Source: a virus (lineage: Duplodnaviria; Heunggongvirae; Uroviricota; Caudoviricetes). Taken from it: a DNA stretch of 64,000 bases. The stretch covers positions 1 through 64,000 of the IMG/VR virus record IMGVR_UViG_3300036715_001196; one strand, 5' to 3'. A program made the position numbers and the translations under genes. Below are positions 9,502 through 19,501 of this stretch, one piece after another (the stretch's first letter is position 1; each line of letters starts with the position of its first letter). A model generated the notes under the pieces. It was not told where the DNA came from. It searched no databases and was given only the letters and a program-made list of their open reading frames with translations.

Positions 9502-9969
9502 ATGGAAATTATTAAAGGTAATTTAATTGATCTTGCACAACAAGGCCGATTTAATGTAATCATACATGGTGCGAATTGTTTTAATACCATGTCAAGCGGA
9601 ATTGCGAAAGAAATCAGAGCTCGCTATCCAAAAGCATACGAAGTTGATTGTGAAACAGTGGCCGGCGATCGTGCCAAATTAGGCACATATACAACTATGT
9701 TTGGTTTACGATTTAATATTATAAATGCATATACACAATACGGCTACGGTCGCAAGACTGAAGATGATGACTTATTCGAATACGAAGCATTTGCATTGAT
9801 TCTAGAAAGATTACAAAAGCAATATAAGGGCGTTGGTCGGTTTGGTTTCCCTTTGATAGGTTGCGGATTGGCAGGCGGGGATAAAACTCGCATCGTCGGA
9901 ATGATCGAAGATTTTGCTAAGGCAGTTGAAGCAGATGGCAGTACTGTAACAATAGTAGAATTCGGTTAA
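9502..9969 (+). CDS. macro-domain protein (ADP-ribose binding/processing, Appr-1''-p family)
   Basis: VIIHGANCFNTMSSGIAKEI matches the macro-domain VNAAN...GGGVA signature. GCGLAGGD glycine-rich loop. RBS AAGGAAAGAAAAATG. Confidence 0.75.
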   Translation: MEIIKGNLIDLAQQGRFNVIIHGANCFNTMSSGIAKEIRARYPKAYEVDCETVAGDRAKLGTYTTMFGLRFNIINAYTQYGYGRKTEDDDLFEYEAFALILERLQKQYKGVGRFGFPLIGCGLAGGDKTRIVGMIEDFAKAVEADGSTVTIVEFG

Positions 9970-9973
9970 CTGA

Positions 9974-10002
9974 TTGACACAATCTAACACAAGCAATATA
10001 AT
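9974..10002 (+). promoter_or_regulatory. sigma70-type promoter (TTGACA-N17-TATAAT)
   Basis: TTGACACAATCTAACACAAGCAATATAAT upstream of the AAA+ gene. Confidence 0.55.
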
Positions 10003-10031
10003 ACATACACAACAATATAGGGAGAGTAAAT

Positions 10032-11111
10032 ATGTCGTTTTATTTAAAAGATAGTGATCAATTATGGCCAACTGAAGCCGGTGTTTATGATGTACGTTCT
10101 TCATTGCCAGTCGGTACCTATACTGTAGGTAATCATCCTTTAAAGGGGTGGTATCTGAAAACAATTACTGACTTTGATATCTCAGGTAAAATTTACGGGA
10201 AAACTACGCGGCAGGCCGAGCGTATCTTAAATACATTCAACGTTCGCCCAGAAGCGACTGGTGTATTATTAAGCGGCGAAAAAGGCAGTGGTAAAACAAT
10301 GCTTGCTAAACTAGTATCACAATTGGCTGCAAAGCAAGGCATTCCTACGTTAGTTATTAATACACCGTTTACAGGTGACAGCTTCAATAACTTTATTCAA
10401 AGTATCGACGAAGCCTGCATTATTGTGTTTGATGAATTTGAAAAAGTGTTTGACAGTGAACAACAAGAAGAAATTCTTACATTGCTCGATGGTGTGTATC
10501 CAACAAAGAAATTATTTATCTTGACAGTAAACGATACATATCGGGTTAACAGTCATTTAAAAAATCGACCTGGTCGTATTTTTTATTCTGTCGAATATCA
10601 CGGGGTAGATGCTGATTTTATCAGAGAATATTGTAATGATAATCTCAACGATAAATCGCATATTACCCAACTAGTAAGGGTGGCAATGTTGTTTGAAACA
10701 TTCAACTTCGATATGCTAAAAGCATTAATTGAAGAAATGAATCGGTACAACGAATCTCCAATCGAAGCATTAGATATGTTAAATGCTAAACCGTTATCTG
10801 AAAGTCATTTAAAACACCGTGTTGAAGTAACATATAACGGTGAAAAGATTAATCCAGAAAACATTTGGCCGAACGTGATCCGTGGTAATCCTATGGTGGG
10901 TTCTGAGTTATCTATTGGATTTAATCCGAATCCAACCGACGATAGTGAATCTGTATCATTCTATATGGATCGTAAGTTTTTGAAGAAAGTAGACCCAGAA
11001 CAAGGCACATTTACATATGTCGTAAATGAAGGTAGCACAAATTCAGCCGTGATTGTGTTTACACGCGAAAAAAATTCACGAAGTGACGAAGATTGGATTA
11101 AAGCGTTCTAA
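10032..11111 (+). CDS. AAA+ ATPase
   Basis: Walker A GEKGSGKT, Walker B IIVFDEFEK, sensor NRPGRI. RBS GGGAGAGTAAATATG. Confidence 0.7.
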   Translation: MSFYLKDSDQLWPTEAGVYDVRSSLPVGTYTVGNHPLKGWYLKTITDFDISGKIYGKTTRQAERILNTFNVRPEATGVLLSGEKGSGKTMLAKLVSQLAAKQGIPTLVINTPFTGDSFNNFIQSIDEACIIVFDEFEKVFDSEQQEEILTLLDGVYPTKKLFILTVNDTYRVNSHLKNRPGRIFYSVEYHGVDADFIREYCNDNLNDKSHITQLVRVAMLFETFNFDMLKALIEEMNRYNESPIEALDMLNAKPLSESHLKHRVEVTYNGEKINPENIWPNVIRGNPMVGSELSIGFNPNPTDDSESVSFYMDRKFLKKVDPEQGTFTYVVNEGSTNSAVIVFTREKNSRSDEDWIKAF

Positions 11112-11170
11112 TTAGGTTGACTTATAGGGCAATAATGCCCTATAATTACGGTATGCATAAGGAAAACGTT

Positions 11171-11389
11171 ATGGAAAAATATGAACAGAAATACCCGTCC
11201 GCTTATTATCTATACAGATTTAAAGATGGCGAGAAATTTCATTATGTTACCCATAACGGAATTCGGACACGGCATGCCAGTATGGATAAAGCGTTAGGCG
11301 TCTGTGAGCGTATTAATAAAGAAGCAGGTTTGCCCGACATTAATGTATATAAAAGTAATAAATTTACGCTAAGGAGAACTGATGTTTAA
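11171..11389 (+). CDS. hypothetical protein
   Basis: ATG after AAGGAAAACGTT. Upstream TTGACT-N17-TATAAT promoter. Confidence 0.4.
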   Translation: MEKYEQKYPSAYYLYRFKDGEKFHYVTHNGIRTRHASMDKALGVCERINKEAGLPDINVYKSNKFTLRRTDV

Positions 11390-12623
11390 ACGACTTATCA
11401 TGCTATTTGCACTATTATTATCAATTAGTGCTTTTGCATTTGATTTACCAAAACCGTCTGAAGTGAAGGCAGTATATGCTTCGGGAGATTATGCTCGAGC
11501 AGAAATGTTGTTAAAGCAGGTTATGGTTGAACGACCAACCGCACCAGTACATTATCAATTAGGTCAAGTTTATTCAAAACAAGGTAAACATAAAGATGCT
11601 CTAAACGAGTTTAGGCAGGCACAGGCACTAGATCCTAGCTTAAAATTTGCGTCAAGTGCAGCAGCATTTACACGAGCACTAGCTGATGAGCAGACTATTG
11701 TCGCACCACAGCCAATAACAACTTCACAGCCGCAACACTCGCAGCGACAAGCTAATTCTCCAAATTCTGGCGAAGCCGGACAATTCTTTGTAATTCTATT
11801 TTTGTTACTTATTGCAGGTGCAGCTATTTATGGTATCTACTATCTTGTAACTACTATTAGGCATAAGAAAGCCATAGCACAGCAAGCTGATGACGAGCTT
11901 TCTAAGAAAAATTCTAATTTATTAGATTTATCAAAGCAACTCGACGATGCCTTACTCATTGCAAAAACTGCAAACTATAGCGAAGCAGATAAATTACAAA
12001 TTACACAACGTATTACGAGTCTCCAAGGCCAAGTTCGTAGTATATTAGCTGACCTAAAGGACGGTGAAGATATTTCGGCATATCGTATCTATACAGTTGA
12101 AGCGAATGTGCGTGAAGTTATAGAGCAGGCCACAAACGGTTTACCGGTGCCTGTTAGAGAAGACTCTATTTATAGTCCCAAAGCCCGCCGGAAAAATTCG
12201 AGTAAGAACAGAATGCTACCACCTGCTCCACCGCCCCCACCAGCTCCATGTCAGGTACGTGAAGGTGATAGAGTTGTTCGTCCGGACGCTGCACCAGCAT
12301 ACCAGTCAACACCTGCTCCTGCTTCTGCTCCTGTTATTGTAAATAATACTAGTTCTGGAAGTTCAGATTTATTAACAGGTATGATGATTGGTGAAATGAT
12401 GCACTCACATCGTGACAATGAACGTACAGTATATGTCGAACGTGAAGTATATTTGCCGCCAACAAGGACATCGCGCATTGATACAAACGATGATGACGAT
12501 ACATACACTGCACCAAGTCGGTCGTCAACACTTGATACAGACAATGACCGTAGTGATAGTTATACAACAGATTCATCAAGTATCGATTCGAGCTCTACTA
12601 GTGGCAACGACGATAGCTATTAA
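11382..12623 (+). CDS. membrane protein with N-terminal TPR-like region, central TM helix and Pro/Ser/Asp-rich tail
   Basis: Signal/TM N-terminus. TPR-like HYQLGQVYSKQGKHKDALNEFRQAQALDP. TM FFVILFLLLIAGAAIYGIYYLV. PPAPPPPPAP and S/D/T-rich C-terminus. Confidence 0.5.
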   Translation: MFKRLIMLFALLLSISAFAFDLPKPSEVKAVYASGDYARAEMLLKQVMVERPTAPVHYQLGQVYSKQGKHKDALNEFRQAQALDPSLKFASSAAAFTRALADEQTIVAPQPITTSQPQHSQRQANSPNSGEAGQFFVILFLLLIAGAAIYGIYYLVTTIRHKKAIAQQADDELSKKNSNLLDLSKQLDDALLIAKTANYSEADKLQITQRITSLQGQVRSILADLKDGEDISAYRIYTVEANVREVIEQATNGLPVPVREDSIYSPKARRKNSSKNRMLPPAPPPPPAPCQVREGDRVVRPDAAPAYQSTPAPASAPVIVNNTSSGSSDLLTGMMIGEMMHSHRDNERTVYVEREVYLPPTRTSRIDTNDDDDTYTAPSRSSTLDTDNDRSDSYTTDSSSIDSSSTSGNDDSY

Positions 12624-12654
12624 TTCACAACTCAACTCAACTGAAGGGAATATC

Positions 12655-13308
12655 ATGTCTTTATTACAAAAAATTATGCACACACTTAAAGGTTCTGCAA
12701 ACGACTTAGTCGATGCTCACCAAGACCTAGGTGCAAATGCACGCCAAAGTGTTCGTGATCTAGACGAACAACTTCAAGCAGCAGATAAGGCGTTAATTGA
12801 TGTACGTGCTGAAGCAGAAGTATTGAAGGGTAAAAAGCAAAAAGCAGAAACTGAAGTTGCAAAATGGTTACAGGCTGCATCAAATGCAGCAGGTAAAGAT
12901 GATAACTTAGCTCGCGAATGTTTGGCTAAGAAAGCATCAGCAAAAGCAAACCTAGATGCTCTTACACAATCATTGGATAAATTCCAACCTACTGTGACCG
13001 CATTAGAAACACGCATTACACAATTACGTTCACAGCGTGACGGTTTGTCTAATCAAGCTGACTTGATCGGTGTTCGTAGCGAAGTAGCAGATGTTGAATT
13101 ACGTACAGCTGAAATTCTAGGCAGTACAAACTTAGAAACAAGTTTAGTTGCACAAGAAGATGCACTTGCACGCAAAGAAGCCAGGGCGCATGCATCTAGT
13201 GCGATTTTGCAAGAACGTACCGGTCAAGCTTTGGAAAGCCGTGTTGCTGCATTAACTGCAGGTCCAAGTATTGAAGACGAACTTGCTGCCTTAAAGGCGT
13301 CTAAATAA
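12655..13308 (+). CDS. PspA/IM30 (phage shock protein A / Vipp1) family protein
   Basis: 217-aa all-coiled-coil protein. ATG at 12655 with RBS GAAGGGAATATC. LARECLAKK resembles the PspA LAREAL..K segment. Overall heptad architecture matches PspA. Confidence 0.5.
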   Translation: MSLLQKIMHTLKGSANDLVDAHQDLGANARQSVRDLDEQLQAADKALIDVRAEAEVLKGKKQKAETEVAKWLQAASNAAGKDDNLARECLAKKASAKANLDALTQSLDKFQPTVTALETRITQLRSQRDGLSNQADLIGVRSEVADVELRTAEILGSTNLETSLVAQEDALARKEARAHASSAILQERTGQALESRVAALTAGPSIEDELAALKASK

Positions 13309-13340
13309 TAAATATTGGCTTTGCAGTATTTTAATACCAG

Positions 13341-13369
13341 TTGACAGATAATTACTGTCATTTTATAAT
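13341..13369 (+). promoter_or_regulatory. sigma70-type promoter (TTGACA-N17-TATAAT)
   Basis: TTGACAGATAATTACTGTCATTTTATAAT immediately upstream of a hairpin and ORF 13400. Confidence 0.5.
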
Positions 13370-13399
13370 AAGGCATATTAAACATATGCCTTATTTTAT

Positions 13400-14041
13400 T
13401 TGCGAGTAATAATGAAAATACAAGTTAGAAAATGTCGCTTTACAGGAAAATTGTTTGAGGAGAAAAACCTTAACAAATATAAAAAGCACCTAGAACAGCT
13501 TAGGAATAAAATGGCCTACGAAAGACATCTTGCTCGTACAAAACGCGAATTTAAAGCATGGTTAGAAAAAGAAAAAGAACAAATTATACATGTCTCTGAA
13601 ATTGCGCCATGGTTCTTAAAAAACCAAAGATATATAATGGATGCATTTAATAGCGGTTGCAGGTCAGTCAACAGCTATTACGACAAAGACAAAATATTTA
13701 TGGAAGGTGATAAATTTACTGAATTAGACATAGAAGTGAGATATATTGACAAAGTCTCAAATACACATGTTTGTCCAGATACCGGTGTTACTAATTGGCA
13801 ATGGACCTTGGATTTACCTAGGGGATATGCAGGATTTTCTGGAAGAGTTACAGGATCTATAGTATGTGATAAAAGGCAGAGACATTATCTAAGTACTACA
13901 GATCTACTTAAATTAGTAGGAATAAAAACAGGTAGCGGTAGTGGTGGTGATAGTTCTTGGGGGTATAATGTTAGTATATTCTTAGATGATTGGGCAGGTC
14001 TAAAACACCAAGCTATTGTAAATAAATTAAAAGGGGAATAA
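13400..14041 (+). CDS. hypothetical protein
   Basis: 213-aa ORF. Possible alternative start at 13412. Confidence 0.45.
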   Translation: MRVIMKIQVRKCRFTGKLFEEKNLNKYKKHLEQLRNKMAYERHLARTKREFKAWLEKEKEQIIHVSEIAPWFLKNQRYIMDAFNSGCRSVNSYYDKDKIFMEGDKFTELDIEVRYIDKVSNTHVCPDTGVTNWQWTLDLPRGYAGFSGRVTGSIVCDKRQRHYLSTTDLLKLVGIKTGSGSGGDSSWGYNVSIFLDDWAGLKHQAIVNKLKGE

Positions 14042-14042
14042 A

Positions 14043-14390
14043 ATGACTACTAAATTTGAGTTTGGCTATATCGGCTGGTGCAAAGAAGGCAGCCATGATA
14101 AAATTTGGGGTTATTTTTATCGACCAAGCCCGGAGTATGAAGCAGCGAAAAACACACCGGTTTGGTCTATACCAGTGCGTAATGTATGCGTGTTCTGGGG
14201 AAGGCGCGGCAAAGCCTTACAATTTAAAGCTAATACAACAGGATACGACTTATATAGATTAGAAGAATCGAAGTCCAAAAAAGGTTATACAGAAATTAAT
14301 GAAAAAATCCTTACTGAAATTTGGACCACATTTGCAAGTGAGGCTGAGTTAAAACTCTCGTTTGAAGTTTTGGCAGGGAATGTAAAGTAG
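14043..14390 (+). CDS. WGR-domain protein
   Basis: HDKIWGYFY ... VCVFWGRRGKALQFK matches the W-G-R signature of the WGR domain (PARP/MolR-associated). ATG 1 nt after the upstream stop. Confidence 0.5.
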   Translation: MTTKFEFGYIGWCKEGSHDKIWGYFYRPSPEYEAAKNTPVWSIPVRNVCVFWGRRGKALQFKANTTGYDLYRLEESKSKKGYTEINEKILTEIWTTFASEAELKLSFEVLAGNVK

Positions 14391-14732
14391 TTAAGCCATC
14401 AATGAATAATACACAAACCTATGTAAAAATGAATATAGCCATCAAACGTTTTGACAACTGGTTAAAAATAAACAGAGACATTAATGCATGACATAAAGAA
14501 AATCAACTAAGTTTTCAAATTATGATGCAGGCAATGGACAATTTATTGTATTTCTTAACGTAATTTATACAAAGCCCGGCTCAATAAAGGTATGATAGTT
14601 GAAGTATGTACCTGGGCTGCAGACAATAACATTAACTTCTATCATATGTGGTCATGGAAAGATATAGTTATAGTGTTATTTTTTATAATAGCGAAGATGT
14701 ACTGCTATTTAAATTAAGATTTAACGGATACT

Positions 14733-14933
14733 ATGAAATCACTAATTTTTGAATATAACAGTGCAAATAATCGGAACAACTATTATGATATCAGACATTT
14801 AATGATTCAATGGTGTAAAGAAAATGATATGAGTGTCGATACTAGAGGTACTATCTTTGGTACTATATTTGTATTTAATTTAGATCACGAAGGCTTATTA
14901 TTTAAATTAAATTTTAGTGAATACATATCATGA
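14733..14933 (+). CDS. small hypothetical protein, LKLRYG-family relative (C-term EGLLFKLNFSEYIS)
   Basis: 66-aa ORF. A degenerate paralog fragment (…EDVLLFKLRFNGY…) lies just upstream at about 14654-14752. Confidence 0.3.
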   Translation: MKSLIFEYNSANNRNNYYDIRHLMIQWCKENDMSVDTRGTIFGTIFVFNLDHEGLLFKLNFSEYIS

Positions 14934-15044
14934 CATACTGCTATCAACTTACTTAAACTGTTTGTTTGCCTGACAGACAGGAATTGCGAATTTTCTTTGA
15001 TCTTCCAGTGTTACCAACATTTTTTTCTTCTTCAAATAAGTTGC

Positions 15045-15581
15045 TTATTCAGGCACTGCAAGCAATCGCACTAACATCCTGACACTCTCGGATATGGAAT
15101 GACAATTGGTATCAATTTCTAAATCTGCATTTACAGGTATTTCATATGGCGATGTAATACCCGTGAAATGTTCTATCTGCAGCGCACGCGCTTTTTTATA
15201 CATACCTTTCGGGTCTCGCTGTTCGCAAATCTCAAGAGGCGTTTTAATGTACACCAGGCGAAAATTTTCTTCGCCAATGATGATCTTGGCTATTTGGCGA
15301 TCTGCCTCAAACGGCGCAATTACGGGCACTATCACGACTAAACCTGCATCATTCATCAGACGCGACACTTCCGCAACACGCCGAACGTTTTCTGCGCGAT
15401 CTTCAACACTGAACCCCAGATCTTTATTGAGTCCTCGGCGTAGATGATCGCCATCTAACACGCAACATGGAATTTGCTGGTCGAGTAAACACTTTTCAAA
15501 ATGCTGTGCCAAGGTTGACTTGCCGGATCCACTCAGACCAGTCAGCCAAATTGTCACGGCGGCGTTCTTTCGAAAAATCAT
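15045..15581 (-). CDS. cysC: adenylyl-sulfate (APS) kinase
   Basis: P-loop LTGLSGSGKSTLA and overall length/architecture of CysC-type APS kinase. Confidence 0.8.
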   Translation of the reverse strand: MIFRKNAAVTIWLTGLSGSGKSTLAQHFEKCLLDQQIPCCVLDGDHLRRGLNKDLGFSVEDRAENVRRVAEVSRLMNDAGLVVIVPVIAPFEADRQIAKIIIGEENFRLVYIKTPLEICEQRDPKGMYKKARALQIEHFTGITSPYEIPVNADLEIDTNCHSISESVRMLVRLLAVPE

Positions 15582-15676
15582 GCATCATTCCCCAATCTAT
15601 ATTTAACTATGCTTTAGCATTTACACTTATGCTCGATGATATAACAACTAGGAGATTATTAGGTCTGTGCATATAA

Positions 15677-17227
15677 TTATCCCTTTGTCCAGACATAAAC
15701 AGCATTACCCGAATTCCAATATCTATCAAACCCGTTATTTCGCATATTTTCCCAGGCTGACAAACTACTATCAAATATATTAAGCACATTTTTTAATTTA
15801 TATTTTTGATATTTTATTCTAGATTCTAATGTTTTATAGTTATGTGTATATACATAGGAAGCAGGATTATTTCGTATGTGCTTAAATCCTAATTTTTCAT
15901 AAACCTTTCCGGTTCCCCATCGTAAATCACAAAACGAGACTACATCTGATGCATTTAAACATTGAGTTGCAAAATTAAATAATTTTGAAGCTCCACCTAT
16001 TACATTAATATTTAATTCATTACAAAACCTAATTAATTCATATTGGTGCCTGTTATATCTAGATTTGCCTAAACTTATCGCAGCAACTAATCTTCCTTCA
16101 TAATGCAGGCCTGCATAAAAAGACGCACCGGTGTGGCCTTGTATATGGTTTTCATTAAAAAATCTTGCTGCAATTTTCTTATCGATTATATTAACTGTAG
16201 TCTTCCTTGCATATATTCGAGAGCTAACACCTACAAATGATGCTATCCTAGATTTTACTAAATCTCGCTTATTGTTCCACTCTATATCTATAATATGATA
16301 TAATTTTATACCTACAGATTTTGCAACTGAATCTTTTTCGGTGTGATAATTAATTTTATTTGCCGACTCTTCTGAATGCCAAAAAATACCGTCATATTCA
16401 AAACCAATTCCTAATTCGGGTAAATAGATATCTATTTCTTTACCCGAAAGTGCTTTCCTATCATTGAAGATAATAGGACCACTATATATAGATGTTATGT
16501 AATCAAACATTTGTTGTTGGCCAACTGTTTGATGAATTTCAATACCTAAATTTTTAAATTGTACACAAAGTTGAGTATGCCCTACTTCTAATTTATCGGC
16601 TATCTCTTTTATGGATAATCCGCCGTCATACAATTCACTAAGCTTCTGTTTATCGTATTTGATATTGAACGATTCGTTACTAAGATGTTCTTGATTCTTT
16701 CTTATACGACCGTACCGTTCAATGCATGTATTTGTAATCTTTTCTTTGGTTGAACCAAGCATAGCGATATTAGTTACACCGTGTTCTTCAAACAGTCGGT
16801 CTTTTATTTCTTTTTGAACATTTGCTGACTTAAATGGATTATCGACGCCGAATTTTTCTATCATCTTTTTAGAATAATTTAATTTTGCAGCCTCTGTCAT
16901 TAATATAGTTTTTGAACCATATTTTTTTAAACACGTAGTTTCTATTCTATCTCTAATAGCTGTATCTGATTGTACACATTTAGGTGAACAGAAAATCCTG
17001 TATGAATTATTCTTATAATTCCAGTTAAGTGTATTACCACACTTACAGAATTTTTCTGTAAATTGATCATTTATAACATGCCATAACCGTTGCTTTGTTT
17101 TAGAATCAGGTGGTAGAAATGCAGTTTTTTCCTGAAGTGTTGCCATAAAGGTTTCGTTTGACATGAACGACTTTAATGCCTTAAAATTGCTATCTGCAAC
17201 ACAATAATCTTGTTTTGTAGGTCTCAT
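15677..17227 (-). CDS. large endonuclease-like protein with N-terminal Cys cluster, KYG repeats and a Vsr/PD-(D/E)xK-like core (paralog 1)
   Basis: KFCKCGNT...CSPKC zinc-finger-like N-terminus. Repeated KYG...DNP...K units. Core DIYLPELGIGFEYDGIFWHSE. C-terminal domain IYARK...HIQG...GGASKLF shared with ORF 22377-23864. Confidence 0.55.
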   Translation of the reverse strand: MRPTKQDYCVADSNFKALKSFMSNETFMATLQEKTAFLPPDSKTKQRLWHVINDQFTEKFCKCGNTLNWNYKNNSYRIFCSPKCVQSDTAIRDRIETTCLKKYGSKTILMTEAAKLNYSKKMIEKFGVDNPFKSANVQKEIKDRLFEEHGVTNIAMLGSTKEKITNTCIERYGRIRKNQEHLSNESFNIKYDKQKLSELYDGGLSIKEIADKLEVGHTQLCVQFKNLGIEIHQTVGQQQMFDYITSIYSGPIIFNDRKALSGKEIDIYLPELGIGFEYDGIFWHSEESANKINYHTEKDSVAKSVGIKLYHIIDIEWNNKRDLVKSRIASFVGVSSRIYARKTTVNIIDKKIAARFFNENHIQGHTGASFYAGLHYEGRLVAAISLGKSRYNRHQYELIRFCNELNINVIGGASKLFNFATQCLNASDVVSFCDLRWGTGKVYEKLGFKHIRNNPASYVYTHNYKTLESRIKYQKYKLKNVLNIFDSSLSAWENMRNNGFDRYWNSGNAVYVWTKG

Positions 17228-17374
17228 GTAATATTTATCTTTATTGCCGACGCCGGGTGTTAAAACAGATTATACCACTTGACGCAATAACAGAACTAGT
17301 ACATAATAGACACATACAAGATTTAAACACAAACTAAGTTTTTTCACAGTAGTACTTAAACAGGAGAGTTATAA

Positions 17375-18478
17375 ATGGCAGCTTCAGATGATACAGGTAT
17401 TCGCGCAGAACGCGCTCGTGACGTTCGCACACTTTTGATCCGTTGCATGGAAGTTGGTCGACCTGCAATGATATGGGGTGCACCTGGCGTCGGTAAATCA
17501 GATCTAATTGCTAGCATTGGTAAAGAGATGAATCGCCCAGTGATTGACATGCGTTTGCTCTTGCTGGAACCAACTGACATCAAAGGTATTCCGTATTTTG
17601 ATCCAGACACAAAAACAATGAAGTGGGCGCAACCAAGCGATTTACCAACTGAAACATTTTTGAGCAATGCAATTTTGTTCTTAGATGAAATCAATGCTGC
17701 TCCGCCAAGTGTTCAGGCCGCTGCATATCAGTTGATTTTGAATCGTCGCGTTGGCGAATATCATTTGCCAAAAAATGTGTCAATGTTGTGTGCAGGTAAT
17801 CGCGATAGCGACAAAGGTGTTACATATCGTATGCCGAGTCCGCTGGCAAATCGTCTGGTACACATTGAGATGCGTGCTGACTTCGAAGATTGGCAACAAT
17901 GGGCAATTATGTCCAAAGTTCATCCAGATGTTGTTGGTTTCTTGTCACACCACAAACAACACTTGTTCAACTTTAACCCAAGGTCGCCTGATAAGGCATT
18001 TGCTACACCACGTTCATGGGCGTTTGTATCACAGTTGATCTCCGACAATTTGCCAGAATCAATGAACACTACTTTGGTATCAGGTACGGTCGGGTCAGGC
18101 TTGGCAACTGAATTTACAGCACACCGCAAAGTGTCTGCTAAAATGCCAAAGGCTGAAGATGTGTTGTTGGGCAAAGAAAAATCATTGAACGTCAAAGAAC
18201 TGAGTGCTATGTACTCATTGACAATTTCATTGTGCTACACATTGCAAGAATGGTACCACCGAGCAGCAGATGTGCAAGAAACAGAATTTAGTATTGCTGA
18301 CTGGCACAAATGCGTTGACAACTTCTTTACATTCATGATGGATAATTTCCAAACTGAAATGACTGTATTGGGCGCGAAGGTTGCATTGCGTGATTACAAG
18401 TTGAAGATCAATCACCGTGATTTGAAAACGTTCAAGACATTTCATGACAAATTTGGATCTTATATCTTAGAGGACTAA
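17375..18478 (+). CDS. MoxR-like AAA+ ATPase
   Basis: Walker A GAPGVGKS, Walker B ILFLDEINAAPP, sensor-2-like LCAGNRD. MoxR/RavA-type architecture. Confidence 0.75.
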   Translation: MAASDDTGIRAERARDVRTLLIRCMEVGRPAMIWGAPGVGKSDLIASIGKEMNRPVIDMRLLLLEPTDIKGIPYFDPDTKTMKWAQPSDLPTETFLSNAILFLDEINAAPPSVQAAAYQLILNRRVGEYHLPKNVSMLCAGNRDSDKGVTYRMPSPLANRLVHIEMRADFEDWQQWAIMSKVHPDVVGFLSHHKQHLFNFNPRSPDKAFATPRSWAFVSQLISDNLPESMNTTLVSGTVGSGLATEFTAHRKVSAKMPKAEDVLLGKEKSLNVKELSAMYSLTISLCYTLQEWYHRAADVQETEFSIADWHKCVDNFFTFMMDNFQTEMTVLGAKVALRDYKLKINHRDLKTFKTFHDKFGSYILED

Positions 18479-18510
18479 GTTTCCGTCCAATGAATTTTCT
18501 TTAATTTAAA

Positions 18511-18540
18511 ATAAGCCCGCATAATGCGGGCTTATTTTAT
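18511..18540 (+). terminator. rho-independent terminator
   Basis: AAGCCCGC-ATAAT-GCGGGCTT followed by ATTTTATT. Confidence 0.7.
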
Positions 18541-18960
18541 TCATAATTGTTTAATTTTTGAGACGGATTCTCTACGCTAAATCTTTCTAAACAAGTCTCT
18601 TTATATTTTTCACGATTATTATAATTCTCGGTATCATACCTATCCTCTTTAGTTTTAGCTGCTTTAGCTAATCGAGGTTTTGCATTAGCTGTGTTCTTCT
18701 CTGAAACTGATTTTGCTACCGCTGGTATTTATAATTGATGACTGACTCCATATTTAGTTTGAAATGTTTCTTTCTTTGTATCTTTAACTGATTGGAGAGA
18801 ATTAGTTGCCTCTACTCCGTAATTAACTAAGTTACTTGTCTTTATTTTTGCCTGCACACTAACTGCATTTTTAGCTGATTGTATGCCTATTACATCCTTT
18901 ATAGTTTGTAGTTTAGAGACATTGTCAACCCCGTATAATAACATATTGGTCTCTTTTCTT
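18536..18960 (-). pseudogene. decayed remnant of a third KYG-repeat endonuclease-like paralog
   Basis: Minus-strand ORF 18729-18944 contains KYG-repeat units (YGVDNVSKLQTIKD, NYGVEATNSLQSVKD, KYGVSHQ). A further unit (KYKETCLERFSVENPSQKLNNYE) continues in a different frame below 18728. Frameshifted and truncated. Confidence 0.4.
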
Positions 18961-19245
18961 TTTGCTGTTATAGCAGCAATATCTTTATTTTATATGTATC
19001 TTTATACTTGAGTTTGGTTGAACTAGTTTTACATTCATCGCAGCAATATCTTTTATAATTTCCGTATTTGTCTTTCAAGGATGTGTTTGTGCATGTTCGG
19101 TTTTCGGTTTTCGCATTTGTGTGTTTTTATAATTCTAGACATTATTTCTCCATAATAGAATGTCTTAGTTTATAACATCATTTCTACCTAAGACCAATTA
19201 TTCATCACCTATTGACATATGTTTATAAACATGTAATAATACTAT

Positions 19246-19500
19246 ATGCAAGTTAAAAAGACAGAATTTAGGTTAGTGTTACTAAATGCAGGGACTACTA
19301 GTTCTGTGTGGCGAAACTTTAACACTGATATAATTAATAGTTATGGTAGTTCTTACAATCATTATACATGGAAGAAAACATTAGGATATGAACTTTCAAA
19401 ATATAATGCCGAATACACGTTTATGGATGATGATGCAAAGTTATGTGCATATTTCGAAACTGAAGAAGATATGGCTTTCTTTGTTCTTAAATGGAGTTAG
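19246..19500 (+). CDS. FETEED-family small protein, tandem copy 1 of 6
   Basis: 84 aa ending FETEEDMAFFVLKWS. Confidence 0.5.
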   Translation: MQVKKTEFRLVLLNAGTTSSVWRNFNTDIINSYGSSYNHYTWKKTLGYELSKYNAEYTFMDDDAKLCAYFETEEDMAFFVLKWS

Positions 19501-19501
19501 G

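Noticed and set aside
12251-12579. Minus-strand ORFs 12251-12544 and 12349-12579. Also 17356-17694 (minus) and 37652-38017 (minus).
   Set aside because: They are embedded antisense within well-supported plus-strand genes (membrane protein, MoxR ATPase, ORF 37623) and have no start signals.
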